A stretch of 32,000 nt of DNA, from positions 3,420,001 to 3,452,000 of the forward strand of contig NC_010546.1 of assembly GCF_000017845.1 (NCBI RefSeq), written 5' to 3'. The DNA is from Crocosphaera subtropica ATCC 51142. GTDB taxonomy: Bacteria; Cyanobacteriota; Cyanobacteriia; Cyanobacteriales; Microcystaceae. The notes under the pieces were generated by a model. That model did no database searches, was not told the origin of the DNA, and saw only the letters and a program-made list of their open reading frames with translations. Of this stretch, positions 15,802 to 26,754 are shown piece by piece. The translations under genes and the position numbers were made by a program. The first letter of the stretch is position 1; every line of letters starts with the position of its first letter.

Positions 15802-15843
15802 CGGAGTTTGGAGTTCAGAGTTCGGAGTTCGGAGTTGAGAGTT
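15802..15843. repeat. Six tandem heptamers RGAGTTN (STRR-like short tandem repeat)
   Basis: The units GGAGTTT GGAGTTC AGAGTTC GGAGTTC GGAGTTG AGAGTTA were read directly from the sequence, about 115 bp upstream of the CIRCE element. Confidence 0.9.
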
Positions 15844-15958
15844 AAATATCGTTATTGACTGTTCCCTATTTTCTAGATATCCTCACCTTGACTACCTGAA
15901 CATCCACACCTCATCCCTGTTACTTAAGAAAAAGTTTTCCATTCTTTGACCAGAAGCC

Positions 15959-15985
15959 TTAGCACTCAAACCATAAGAGTGCTAA
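15959..15985 (+). promoter_or_regulatory. CIRCE operator (HrcA binding site)
   Basis: TTAGCACTC-AAACCATAA-GAGTGCTAA is a perfect match to the CIRCE consensus TTAGCACTC-N9-GAGTGCTAA. It lies 88 nt upstream of the groEL ATG. Confidence 0.9.
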
Positions 15986-16006
15986 ATTAACATAAGTGGG
16001 AAATAG

Positions 16007-17752
<1,746 letters not shown>

Positions 17753-17799
17753 AAGCTTTTATCCTTCGTCTGTCTGTCTATTACCATGACACTCTGCGA

Positions 17800-17827
17800 G
17801 AGACGCTAATTATAGCGTCTCTTTTTT
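17800..17827 (+). terminator. Intrinsic terminator of groEL
   Basis: GAGACGCTA (17800-17808) and TAGCGTCTC (17813-17821) form a 9-bp stem with a 4-nt loop, followed by TTTTTT (17822-17827). Confidence 0.85.
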
Positions 17828-17863
17828 ACTGACATCTTACACCAGAACAAAAAGATCAATAAT

Positions 17864-18298
17864 TTAATATAGTTGAGCTTGACGACGATCTAATCTTTTT
17901 TTGATCCAGTTAATACAATCATTTGCGCTCAAAAATAAAGTTGGTGCAGCAATATTCCTCAATTCATGGGAAGGATAATGATCATAAAAACATCTTTTTC
18001 CTTCTTGATGGATAATAATTAGGGTATTTTGATAAGTATAGCGTTGATTAAAATAATTATCTTCTTTTAAATTGACACTATATTGATTAAGATGTTCTTG
18101 AGCAATTTCTATGATACCAGCTAATGTATTAGAGCAAAGTCCTGTAGGATTTTTAGCTTTGTGAAATTCATCTTCGTAACCTTCTGCTGCTAATAAAGCA
18201 TAAGAATAAATGAATTCTCCACTAACTTTAGCGATAAGAAAAGGAATAATTAAATATCCTTGATAACTCTTCGATTTTTCGTACAGAAAACGATTCAT
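17864..18298 (-). CDS. Hypothetical protein, no recognisable domain
   Basis: 144-aa ORF in an AT-rich stretch. I could not identify any motif. Confidence 0.5.
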   Translation of the reverse strand: MNRFLYEKSKSYQGYLIIPFLIAKVSGEFIYSYALLAAEGYEDEFHKAKNPTGLCSNTLAGIIEIAQEHLNQYSVNLKEDNYFNQRYTYQNTLIIIHQEGKRCFYDHYPSHELRNIAAPTLFLSANDCINWIKKRLDRRQAQLY

Positions 18299-18597
18299 AA
18301 TTAACCATCACTGATTTTTAATAAGTTATAGCAAACTAACTCAAACGTGAGTGAATTAGCTATATTGCTATGAAAGAAATCATTATCTATAAAAGGAACA
18401 CAAAAAATTGATTCATAAGAACAGTTTACAAATTGTCCCTAGGAAAAACACAACTTGCTTAAAGGTTGTACGCATTTTATTATCAATTTAATGCTGTTGT
18501 CAGTATATCAATATATGTAACCTAAGCAAAGCCCCGAATTAAAAAACTTATCTAATGGGGATCAACAAATATAGTGATAAACACCGTCAAAATATCA

Positions 18598-20427
18598 TCA
18601 AATTGCAAATTCATCAAATTTAATCACATTAGAATTAGGTTGACGAGTATCAAAGTAATAACTGCTGACAGTTCCCTTTTCTGTATCTAAAATACTAAAG
18701 ACGGTAATTTCATTACTGGCAATATAGGGTAACGGATTATTATTTTCATCTATTAAAGGTGCTAAATTAGGAATAACGGGGTTAAGTCCATTGGCATCAC
18801 CAATTTCAATATAATTTAACGGAGAATAATCAGGAGGAATCAGTCTTTTATTTTCTCCTAAATGTGCGCCGTAACTATTACCAACGTTAGAAGATTCGAG
18901 GAAATTAATACCATTAGAACTAATAAAACGGTTCCACAGATGAGAATGACCATAGAATACTAAGTTAACGTTTGCTGTTTCTAAAAGGGGCATTAAATCT
19001 CGAATAATATAGTCATTTTCTTGGGGATATTCATAACGAATTTCTGTTATATTACCATCACTATCCTTATTAATCTTTTGTATGGGATTAGTATAAGGTG
19101 GAACAATATTTCCTCCCAAGGTATGAACCGGATGATGAAACATGACTATTTTATATTTTGCTTGTTGAAATGCTTCACTTCTTAATTCTTTTTCTAACCA
19201 TTGATACTGTTTGCTTCCTTTTTCAATGGATTTAAAAATATGTTGACCATAGCCCCAATTTTCAGGGTTATTAAATTGTCTTTCTGCTTCTTGATATCTG
19301 CCTGTGACATTCTTTTCTAAACTAGGAGAACGCCAAATATTAGTCACTTGTAAAACCACTAAACGAATATCCCCAAACGTTACAGCGTAATGATGACTGT
19401 TATTAGATTCTGTTTGAGGAAAGGAAAAAATCTCTTCGTAGGTATCCGTATTAAATGAATTATTTTTGATCCAATTTTCTTTAATATTATCGTCATAATT
19501 AGCATTGATTATATCAGCTTTTTCTAAGTAAATATCTTGAGCCACTTCTCTAGGAATAGCATCTACAAATTGTTTGGATAATCGTTTATTTTTCGACCAT
19601 TTTCCCATCACTTCATGATTACCAATGGTAGGAAATAATGGGGCAAATTGAATTAATTGACCCCCATGATAAACCATTTCTGCCTCTTCATTTTTTATCT
19701 TATAATTTGCTAATCCTTGAAGACAAGGAAAAAAGGCTCCACCCCTTTGATCATCAAACCATTCTGAAGCACGATCAGGAATATTGACTAAATCACCCGC
19801 AAAAAAAATAGCATCAACTTGATCTATTGTTTCCACAACTTTTTGCAAATTAGCTGCTACCATTGGTTTTAATTGATGGTCTGAGGTTAATAAAATTTTC
19901 AAAGGAGTTTCTTTTTTAGGAGAAGAAGTCAAAGAAAAAATCTTACTTTCCATTTTATTATTTTCAAACAAACTAACCACTTTATAAGGAATTTTTTCTC
20001 CTTGATGTAGTCCTGTAATTTCTCCTTCATGTCGCCAAATCTCTCGCCTTCTAGTTTGGGAATAATCCCCCTTAACTTTTGATTGTTCATCTTCTCTAGT
20101 ACGACTCAATTGAGTCGTACTAGCAATCACCTCTTTGTCTAAATTTTCTCCATAAAGAACTTTATGCTTAACTCCTGGAAATTCAGTAAACCAAACAACC
20201 TTAATAGATGATTCTGTAGGAAACTGCAAAAAAGGATCGCTTAGTAAAGAATAAGCTGAATTAGAATTACTAGAAGACATTTGTATAACGAATAAAAAAG
20301 CGAAGATAAATAATAGAATAGGAAGAATTCTGAAACAATTCAACTTTTTCAAAATTTTTAACTCAACCTTAAACAACAAGAACAATAAAGTTATGATGAA
20401 TGGCTTTTGAACAAATGAACTAACCAA
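18598..20427 (-). CDS. Secreted or membrane-anchored metallophosphoesterase (calcineurin-like, purple-acid-phosphatase-like layout)
   Basis: Metallophosphoesterase motifs are present in order: TSDHQ, GDLVN, GNHE, MFHHP, GHSHLW. A beta-rich N-terminal domain is also present (IKVVWFTE...YKVVS). The start is uncertain: TTG at 20427, 20352 or 20343, or ATG at 20280. The TTG at 20352 would give a classical signal peptide MKKLNCFRILPILLFIFAFLFVIQ. Confidence 0.75.
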   Translation of the reverse strand: MVSSFVQKPFIITLLFLLFKVELKILKKLNCFRILPILLFIFAFLFVIQMSSSNSNSAYSLLSDPFLQFPTESSIKVVWFTEFPGVKHKVLYGENLDKEVIASTTQLSRTREDEQSKVKGDYSQTRRREIWRHEGEITGLHQGEKIPYKVVSLFENNKMESKIFSLTSSPKKETPLKILLTSDHQLKPMVAANLQKVVETIDQVDAIFFAGDLVNIPDRASEWFDDQRGGAFFPCLQGLANYKIKNEEAEMVYHGGQLIQFAPLFPTIGNHEVMGKWSKNKRLSKQFVDAIPREVAQDIYLEKADIINANYDDNIKENWIKNNSFNTDTYEEIFSFPQTESNNSHHYAVTFGDIRLVVLQVTNIWRSPSLEKNVTGRYQEAERQFNNPENWGYGQHIFKSIEKGSKQYQWLEKELRSEAFQQAKYKIVMFHHPVHTLGGNIVPPYTNPIQKINKDSDGNITEIRYEYPQENDYIIRDLMPLLETANVNLVFYGHSHLWNRFISSNGINFLESSNVGNSYGAHLGENKRLIPPDYSPLNYIEIGDANGLNPVIPNLAPLIDENNNPLPYIASNEITVFSILDTEKGTVSSYYFDTRQPNSNVIKFDEFAI

Positions 20428-20567
20428 TCAATAAAAACATAATAAATGATCCCTAGCAAGCCATAATAAATCAGTATTTTAGAGTTTCCGAAGACAAAAG
20501 AGGAATCATCTCCACTTGAGATAGGTTACAGATAAAGAGAAGCTTGCTAAACTAAACTAGATAACTA

Positions 20568-21815
20568 ATGAATCTACCCATGAAGATTCTTGTAATTTCA
20601 TCCCTTTTTCCTTATCCACCAATACAGGGAAAAGCCCAGGTGAGAACCTTCTCCTTACTCAAACATCTTAATACAAACTACGACATTACCCTAGTTACCC
20701 AAGAACCCGAACAAGTTCTCGAAGAGGATATTGATGCACTACAGCAGCACATTCACGATTGTATTGTTTTTCCTGCTGTCACTCATGAAGAAAATAGCAA
20801 AGGTTTCCTAGAAACCGCTAAACAACTAGGGGTATTTGTACAACAAGGAACACCCCCACGGGTGTTGTCCCGCTATTCGGTTGCCATTCAGGAATGGTTA
20901 GATCAAGCCATTGAATCTGAGAAATTTGATCTTCTCCTATGTGAAGGAAGTGGCAATGAAATCTATGTTAGACCAGAATGGCAAGAAAAAATTCCCACAG
21001 TGATCGATATTCATCGTTCTGTCTATGGGATGTATAAACATCAAATTGAAACCAATTCTAACGATAGTGGATTACGGGATCAATTAAGCTTACCCTTATT
21101 ACGGCGTTATGAAAAACAATATTGTCATAAATTCGCTGCTGTGATTGTAGCCAACCAAACCGAACAACAAATATTGAAAAATTTAAAATTAGAAGTCCCC
21201 ATTACCCTTGTTCCCAACGGATTAAACTTACAAGTCTTTCCTAAACGTTCCCATAACCAAGGGGGACACCGTATTACCTTTGTTGGTGCTATGGATAAAC
21301 CGGCCAATGTCGATGCAGCACGATTTTTTAGTTTAGATGTTTTTCCGAAAATTCGTCAACGCTATCCCGACGCAACCCTTGATATCGTAGGAAGTCGGCC
21401 AGTTTCGGAAGTTCTAGAATTAAACGAACTTTCAGGGGTTCACATCACCGGACAAGTTCCTTGTGTTTTAGACTACCTCCATAACACCACCGTATCGGTT
21501 ATTCCCATTCGCAAAAGTGTGGGAACGAAAATGCGAACCCTCGAAGCATTGGCCACCGGAACCCCCTTGGTTGCTAGTGATTATGGTTTAGAAGGATTAC
21601 CTGTCGATGGGCCAGGAGTCCCTTTAGTGGCCATGAGAGCTAATGATGTAGACGAATATGTCTATGCAGTTGGCCGTCTGTTTCAAGACGCAAAACTAAG
21701 GGAAAAATTATCCCATAACGGACGGATTTTAGTCGAAAATGAATATACTTGGGAACAAATGACCCAACGTTATGAACAAGTTTTGTTAGATACCTATACT
21801 AAATTTAACGCCTAA
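20568..21815 (+). CDS. Glycosyltransferase family 4 (GT-B, group 1)
   Basis: It has an N-terminal FPYPPIQGKAQVRTFSLLKHL motif and a C-terminal E-x7-E region (EALATGTPLVASDYGLEG). The paralogue at 24295 aligns from MKILVISS, so ATG 20580 may be the true start. Confidence 0.85.
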   Translation: MNLPMKILVISSLFPYPPIQGKAQVRTFSLLKHLNTNYDITLVTQEPEQVLEEDIDALQQHIHDCIVFPAVTHEENSKGFLETAKQLGVFVQQGTPPRVLSRYSVAIQEWLDQAIESEKFDLLLCEGSGNEIYVRPEWQEKIPTVIDIHRSVYGMYKHQIETNSNDSGLRDQLSLPLLRRYEKQYCHKFAAVIVANQTEQQILKNLKLEVPITLVPNGLNLQVFPKRSHNQGGHRITFVGAMDKPANVDAARFFSLDVFPKIRQRYPDATLDIVGSRPVSEVLELNELSGVHITGQVPCVLDYLHNTTVSVIPIRKSVGTKMRTLEALATGTPLVASDYGLEGLPVDGPGVPLVAMRANDVDEYVYAVGRLFQDAKLREKLSHNGRILVENEYTWEQMTQRYEQVLLDTYTKFNA

Positions 21816-21838
21816 AAAGGTCTATCCCCCGTCTTATC

Positions 21839-22768
21839 ATGATGTCTAATCCTCAAATTGCTGCTATTATCTGCACCCATAACCGCGATCCCTATTTAGG
21901 TGATGCTATCAAAAGTCTTTTGGCTCAAGAGGGGGTAAGCTATGAAGTGCTAATCGTGGATAATGGCTCTACAGACAGCACAAAAGACGTGGTTGCACCA
22001 TTTTTATCAAATCCTCACCTAAGATACGTTTATGAGCCAATTTTAGGGCTATCCGTTGCCCGTAATCGAGGAGCGAAAGAAACCACCGCCCCAATCTTAG
22101 CCTATCTTGATGATGATGCGATCGCTTCCCCTCACTGGTTAAAGGTTCTAGTAGACGCTTATGATCAACATGAAAAATTAGCGATCGCAGGGGGAAAAGT
22201 GACGTTAATCTGGCCCGATAACATCACCCCACCGGCTTGGATTTCTGAAGGGTTGGCCGGCGGTTTAGGGGCTTATGATTTAGGAGAGGAAAAAGTGTCC
22301 ATTACCAATCCCCAACTCACCCCAAGAGGGTTAAATTATTCGCTGCGACGGTCGTTTTTAGAAAAAATTGGCGGGTTTGATGCTAATTTAGGGAGAGTGG
22401 GCAAAAAACTGCTCTCCAATGAAGAATTATTTATGACCGAATTAGCTTTAAATCAAGGATGGGACGTGGCCTATCTTCCTGATGCTCTAGTTGCTCATAA
22501 TGTTGCCCCAGAAAGGCTTCAACGGAGTTGGTTTTTACGTCGCAGTTGGTGGCAAGGGGTAAGCGAATGTTATCGAGACGAAATTGCTGGTCGTACTGGG
22601 ATTAATCAGTTAGGAAGAGGGGGTGAAAGGTTAATACGAGGGTTATATAAATCTGTAAAATATATCGGTAAACCGGCACAAAGTTTTGATAATTTAGTTT
22701 ATGCCTATGGTCAAATTGGCTATTTAAAAGAAGCTTTACAATTACTGTTAAAATCATCCAAAAAATAA
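21839..22768 (+). CDS. Glycosyltransferase family 2 (GT-A)
   Basis: The motifs AAIICTHNR, VDNGSTD and YLDDD (DxD) are present. It starts 23 nt after the preceding GT4 gene. Confidence 0.85.
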   Translation: MMSNPQIAAIICTHNRDPYLGDAIKSLLAQEGVSYEVLIVDNGSTDSTKDVVAPFLSNPHLRYVYEPILGLSVARNRGAKETTAPILAYLDDDAIASPHWLKVLVDAYDQHEKLAIAGGKVTLIWPDNITPPAWISEGLAGGLGAYDLGEEKVSITNPQLTPRGLNYSLRRSFLEKIGGFDANLGRVGKKLLSNEELFMTELALNQGWDVAYLPDALVAHNVAPERLQRSWFLRRSWWQGVSECYRDEIAGRTGINQLGRGGERLIRGLYKSVKYIGKPAQSFDNLVYAYGQIGYLKEALQLLLKSSKK

Positions 22769-22778
22769 TCATCTAAAA

Positions 22779-23750
22779 ATGGGACAAAAAACAGCTTTAA
22801 TTTGTGGCATTTCTGGACAAGATGGGTCTTATCTGGCTCAGTTTCTTTTAAATAAGGGTTATTTGGTTTGTGGAACCTCACGGGATGCTCAAATGTCTTC
22901 GTTTCAAAACTTAGGTCGTCTGGGAATTCGTGAACAAGTCAAAGTTGAATCGATGGCCCTTAATGACTTTCGCAGTGTGCTACAAATTCTCAACAAAATT
23001 GAACCGGATGAGGTCTATAATTTAGCCGGTCAAAGTTCCGTGGGATTGTCTTTTGAACTTCCTGTCGAAACCTTAGAAAGTATCGCCACTGGTACCTTAA
23101 ACTTACTTGAAGCCATTCGTTTTACTGGCGCACCCATTAAGTTTTATAATGCAGGGTCAAGCGAATGTTTTGGAGATATTGGGACAACGTCGGCCGATGA
23201 ATTTACCCCGTTTCGTCCTCGTAGTCCCTATGCGGTAGCGAAATCTGCGGCCTTTTGGGAAGTGGCGAATTATCGAGAAGCTTACGGTATTTTTGCCTGT
23301 TCTGGTATCTTATTTAACCACGAATCCCCTCTCCGTCCCCAAAGATTTGTAACACAAAAAATTGTCGCAGCCGCTTGTAAAATTGCTCAAGGTCATTCCC
23401 AAAAGTTACAACTAGGTAACGTCAAAATTAGACGGGACTGGGGGTGGGCCCCGGAATATATTCAAGCCATGTATTTAATGTTGCAACAACCCCAAGCTGA
23501 TGATTATGTTATTGCGACAGGAGATAGTTATTCTTTAGAAGATTTTGTCATTGAAACCTTCAATGGTTTAGGATTAAATTGGCAAGATTATGTCATCACC
23601 GATCAAAGTTTATTTCGTCCTACTGATATCTCTTATAGTTGTGGAAACCCTGGCAAAGCAGCCAAAAACTTAGGTTGGAAAGCTCAATATAAAATGCCAG
23701 AAGTAGTGAAGATGATGATAGAAAATCGGCTGAGTTATGATAAAGGGTAG
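22779..23750 (+). CDS. gmd: GDP-mannose 4,6-dehydratase (short form)
   Basis: 323-aa ORF with GISGQDGSYLAQFLLNKGY, SPYAVAK (YxxxK) and FNHESPLR. It starts 10 nt after the GT2 gene. Confidence 0.88.
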   Translation: MGQKTALICGISGQDGSYLAQFLLNKGYLVCGTSRDAQMSSFQNLGRLGIREQVKVESMALNDFRSVLQILNKIEPDEVYNLAGQSSVGLSFELPVETLESIATGTLNLLEAIRFTGAPIKFYNAGSSECFGDIGTTSADEFTPFRPRSPYAVAKSAAFWEVANYREAYGIFACSGILFNHESPLRPQRFVTQKIVAAACKIAQGHSQKLQLGNVKIRRDWGWAPEYIQAMYLMLQQPQADDYVIATGDSYSLEDFVIETFNGLGLNWQDYVITDQSLFRPTDISYSCGNPGKAAKNLGWKAQYKMPEVVKMMIENRLSYDKG

Positions 23751-23771
23751 GAAGTTATCAAATTCCTACCC
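23745..23771. terminator. Bidirectional hairpin between convergent gmd and rbp
   Basis: GGGTAGGAA (23745-23753, overlapping the gmd stop) and TTCCTACCC (23763-23771) form a 9-bp stem with a 9-nt loop. The flank is T-rich in the rbp (minus) direction. Confidence 0.6.
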
Positions 23772-23799
23772 CTTGATTAATTAAGTCAATAATTTGAAC

Positions 23800-24093
23800 T
23801 TAGAAACGACCACGGCCTCTACCGCCACCACCGTTAAAAGAACCACGCGGTTGACGTTCTTTGGCCTTATTGACTTTTAACGTACGACCCATCCATTCGG
23901 CCCCATCTAAGGTAGAAATGGCTTGTTCTTCTTGGTCATCAGAATTCATTTCTACAAAAGCAAAGCCGCGCATACGACCGGTATCACGATCTGTAGGGAT
24001 GTGAACACGCTTTACCTCACCGTAATCTGTAAAGACTTCACTAAGGTCTTCTTTAGTTACGTCATAGGATAGATTTCCTACATAAATTGACAT
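23800..24093 (-). CDS. RRM-type RNA-binding protein with a Gly/Arg-rich C-terminus (cyanobacterial Rbp class)
   Basis: 97-aa ORF with RNP2 IYVGNL, RNP1 RGFAFVEM and the tail GGGGRGRGRF. Confidence 0.92.
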   Translation of the reverse strand: MSIYVGNLSYDVTKEDLSEVFTDYGEVKRVHIPTDRDTGRMRGFAFVEMNSDDQEEQAISTLDGAEWMGRTLKVNKAKERQPRGSFNGGGGRGRGRF

Positions 24094-24294
24094 TTTTAGA
24101 TTATCTCCGCTATTTACAAGGATTGTAGAGAGTGAGTGATCGGAGAGAATCGTATCAAGGCTGAAAGGGAAAGACCCGTCAATGCTAATAACAAAATCTG
24201 CTACCGAATACTTATTTGTCTCACCTCATATAATAACATATTTTTTGGATTAAGATCATATCGGTTTCCTTGTTGTTTCCATTACTCTGATGCA

Positions 24295-25509
24295 ATGAAA
24301 TTATTAATGATTTGTGCTACGTTTCCTTACCCTCCTAGTCGAGGAGGAACCCAAGTTAGAACCTTTAACTTATTAAAACAGTTAAGTTATCACCATGAGA
24401 TTACTTTAGTGACCCAAAAAGCTGAAGATGTTACCAATGAAGAAGTGGGAGCTTTAAAGCATTGGGTTAAAACTTTGATGTTATTTCCTCGTCCTGCTCA
24501 TCCCACCACTGGACTACTGCAAAAAATTAATCGATTTAGTCAATTTGTAATCACAGGAACTCCTCCCAATGTTTCTTTTTTATACGATCAATCTATTCAG
24601 AATTGGCTTGATGAAGCCGTTGAAAATAATTATTTTGATGTTATTACCTGTGAACACAGTGTTAACGAGATTTATATTCGTCCTCATTGGAAAAATAAAA
24701 TAAAAACAATTCTTAATAGTCATAGCTCTGTTTATCGTACTTGTAAACATCAATTAGAAACAAAAACTTCCGAAGATCCTCAACGAGATCGCTTATATTT
24801 ACCCTTATTAAAACGCTACGAAAAACGAGTATATCAAAAGTTTTCCCATATTGTTGTCACCACAGAAGAAGATTATCAACAACTAAAAGAATTCAACATA
24901 AATAGTCAAGTTTCTGTGCTTCCCAATGGAGTCGATTTAGACATTTTTCCTTACCGAAATAGCGATCCAGGGGGTCATCATTTGATAATTACAGGCGGTA
25001 TGGATTATGTGACAAATATTGATGCCGCTTGCTTTTTTAGTCGAGAAATTTTTCCCTTATTACGTCAACAATATCCTGATGTTACTTTAACCATTGTTGG
25101 TGCTAATCCTGCACCTTCTGTTGTAAGATTAGGAGAAGAACCAGGAATTCGTGTCACAGGAAAAGTGCCATCTATGGCTGAGTATTTACATAAAGCAACG
25201 GTCTGTGTCATTCCTTTACGTTCAGGATTTGGCATTAAAAATAAAACCCTAGAAGCCATGGCCACTGGGGTTCCTATTGTAGCCAGCGATCGCAGTTTAG
25301 AAGGTATGGAAGTAGATGGAAAAAATACCCCGTTAAAAGCGTTACGAGCCAATAAAATAGAAGAGTATGTCCAAGGAATTACTGATTTATTTGAAGATGA
25401 AAAATTGCGTCAGACTTTATCAAAAAATGGTCGAGAATATATAGAAAATAATTTCACTTGGGAAAGGCTCGGAAGAGAGTATGAAAAAATAATGGATCTT
25501 ATAGATTAA
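24295..25509 (+). CDS. Glycosyltransferase family 4, paralogue of 20568..21815
   Basis: The ORF track starts at GTG 24136, but the conserved N-terminus MKLLMICATFPYPPSRGGTQVRTFNLLKQL begins at ATG 24295 in the same frame. It is collinear with the other GT4 along its whole length (LPLLKRYEK, NGVDL, TLEAMATGVPIVASD). Confidence 0.85.
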   Translation: MKLLMICATFPYPPSRGGTQVRTFNLLKQLSYHHEITLVTQKAEDVTNEEVGALKHWVKTLMLFPRPAHPTTGLLQKINRFSQFVITGTPPNVSFLYDQSIQNWLDEAVENNYFDVITCEHSVNEIYIRPHWKNKIKTILNSHSSVYRTCKHQLETKTSEDPQRDRLYLPLLKRYEKRVYQKFSHIVVTTEEDYQQLKEFNINSQVSVLPNGVDLDIFPYRNSDPGGHHLIITGGMDYVTNIDAACFFSREIFPLLRQQYPDVTLTIVGANPAPSVVRLGEEPGIRVTGKVPSMAEYLHKATVCVIPLRSGFGIKNKTLEAMATGVPIVASDRSLEGMEVDGKNTPLKALRANKIEEYVQGITDLFEDEKLRQTLSKNGREYIENNFTWERLGREYEKIMDLID

Positions 25510-25593
25510 GCATGATAGATTGATAGTTAAAATATAAGTAAGAGGAAAAAGAGACAAACTCAATAAATTAAATTTAAGAAAATTGATATTAAA

Positions 25594-26748
25594 ATGAAAG
25601 AAATTAAAGCTATTTTAGCAGCATGGAAAACCTATAAAAATCAACAAGAAGAAATATTTTTATCTACTATTGTCAAGACAAAAGGGTCTACTTATCGTCA
25701 AGCTGGTGCGCGAATGTTAATAACATCATCAGGAGCAATGATCGGTAGTATTAGCGGTGGTTGTTTAGAAAAAGATATACTAGAACATACTCGTGTTTCT
25801 ATAACAGAAAATAGCCCTATTCTTGTTACTTATGACACCACGGCAGATGAAGATATTATTTGGGGATTTGGACTCGGTTGTAATGGTGTAGTTAACGTAT
25901 TAATTGAAAAGTTAGATCCCAATGATTGTTTAAATCCTTTACAATTTATTGATTACTGTTTAAAAATACAACGACCTGGAATAATAGCTACTATTTTCAA
26001 TGTAGAAGGAGCAGTTAATAGTAAAGTTGGAAAACGTTTAACTGTCATATTAGATGATCAAGTCAAGACTGATATTAAAGACAATAACTTGAGTTTTACT
26101 TTATTAAAAGATGCTCAAACTTGTTTGCAAAATCAACAATCTAGTGTCTATTGTTATCAATTTCCACAAGGTAAAATTGATGTATTTATGGAATTGATTA
26201 AACCTCCCCCTAACTTAATTATTTTTGGTGCTGGTCGTGATGTTATTCCTGTGGTAGAGTTAGCTAAAATTTTAGGTTGGAACATTACAATTTTTGATTG
26301 TCGAGGCAGTCAAGAAACAAAAAAAAGATTCATCATGGTTGATGAGATTATATTGACTCGTCGAGACATTTTACATAAACAAATATCCGTTAATGATGAT
26401 ACAGTAGTTATCGTTATGACCCATAATTATCTCGATGATTTAGAAATTCTAAAATTGTTAATTCCTTCTCAGATAAAATATTTGGGATGTTTAGGATCAA
26501 AACAACGTAAAGAAAGATTATTACAAGATTTACAAAACCAAGGATCAAACTATTCTCCAGAAATGCTAGAAAAATTATATGCTCCTATTGGTTTAGATAT
26601 TGGTGCGGAGACACCTGAAGCGATCGCTTTATCTATTGTTACAGAAATTCAAGCCATATTAACCAACCGTCAGGGGGGTTTTTTAAAGCAGCGTCTTCAA
26701 CCTCTTCATGTACCGAATCAAGTTAGGAAAGTACAACTAGGTAACTAG
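25594..26748 (+). CDS. XdhC/CoxI-family molybdoenzyme maturation (accessory) protein
   Basis: 384-aa ORF. The N-terminal XdhC_CoxI region is STYRQAGARMLI...GSISGGCLE and the C-terminal Rossmann-like region is LIIFGAGRDVIPVVELAK...PIGLDIGAETPEAIALSI. Confidence 0.8.
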   Translation: MKEIKAILAAWKTYKNQQEEIFLSTIVKTKGSTYRQAGARMLITSSGAMIGSISGGCLEKDILEHTRVSITENSPILVTYDTTADEDIIWGFGLGCNGVVNVLIEKLDPNDCLNPLQFIDYCLKIQRPGIIATIFNVEGAVNSKVGKRLTVILDDQVKTDIKDNNLSFTLLKDAQTCLQNQQSSVYCYQFPQGKIDVFMELIKPPPNLIIFGAGRDVIPVVELAKILGWNITIFDCRGSQETKKRFIMVDEIILTRRDILHKQISVNDDTVVIVMTHNYLDDLEILKLLIPSQIKYLGCLGSKQRKERLLQDLQNQGSNYSPEMLEKLYAPIGLDIGAETPEAIALSIVTEIQAILTNRQGGFLKQRLQPLHVPNQVRKVQLGN

Positions 26749-26754
26749 ATAAAC

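Noticed and set aside
21125-21307. Minus-strand ORF inside the first GT4 gene
   Set aside because: It is an antisense shadow with no motifs.
24136-24294. N-terminal extension of the second GT4 ORF from GTG 24136
   Set aside because: The extension (MIGENRIKAERERPVNANNKICYRIL...) has no counterpart in the paralogue and overlaps the rbp promoter and leader. The conserved N-terminus starts at ATG 24295.
25065-25352. Minus-strand ORF inside the second GT4 gene
   Set aside because: It is an antisense shadow with no motifs.
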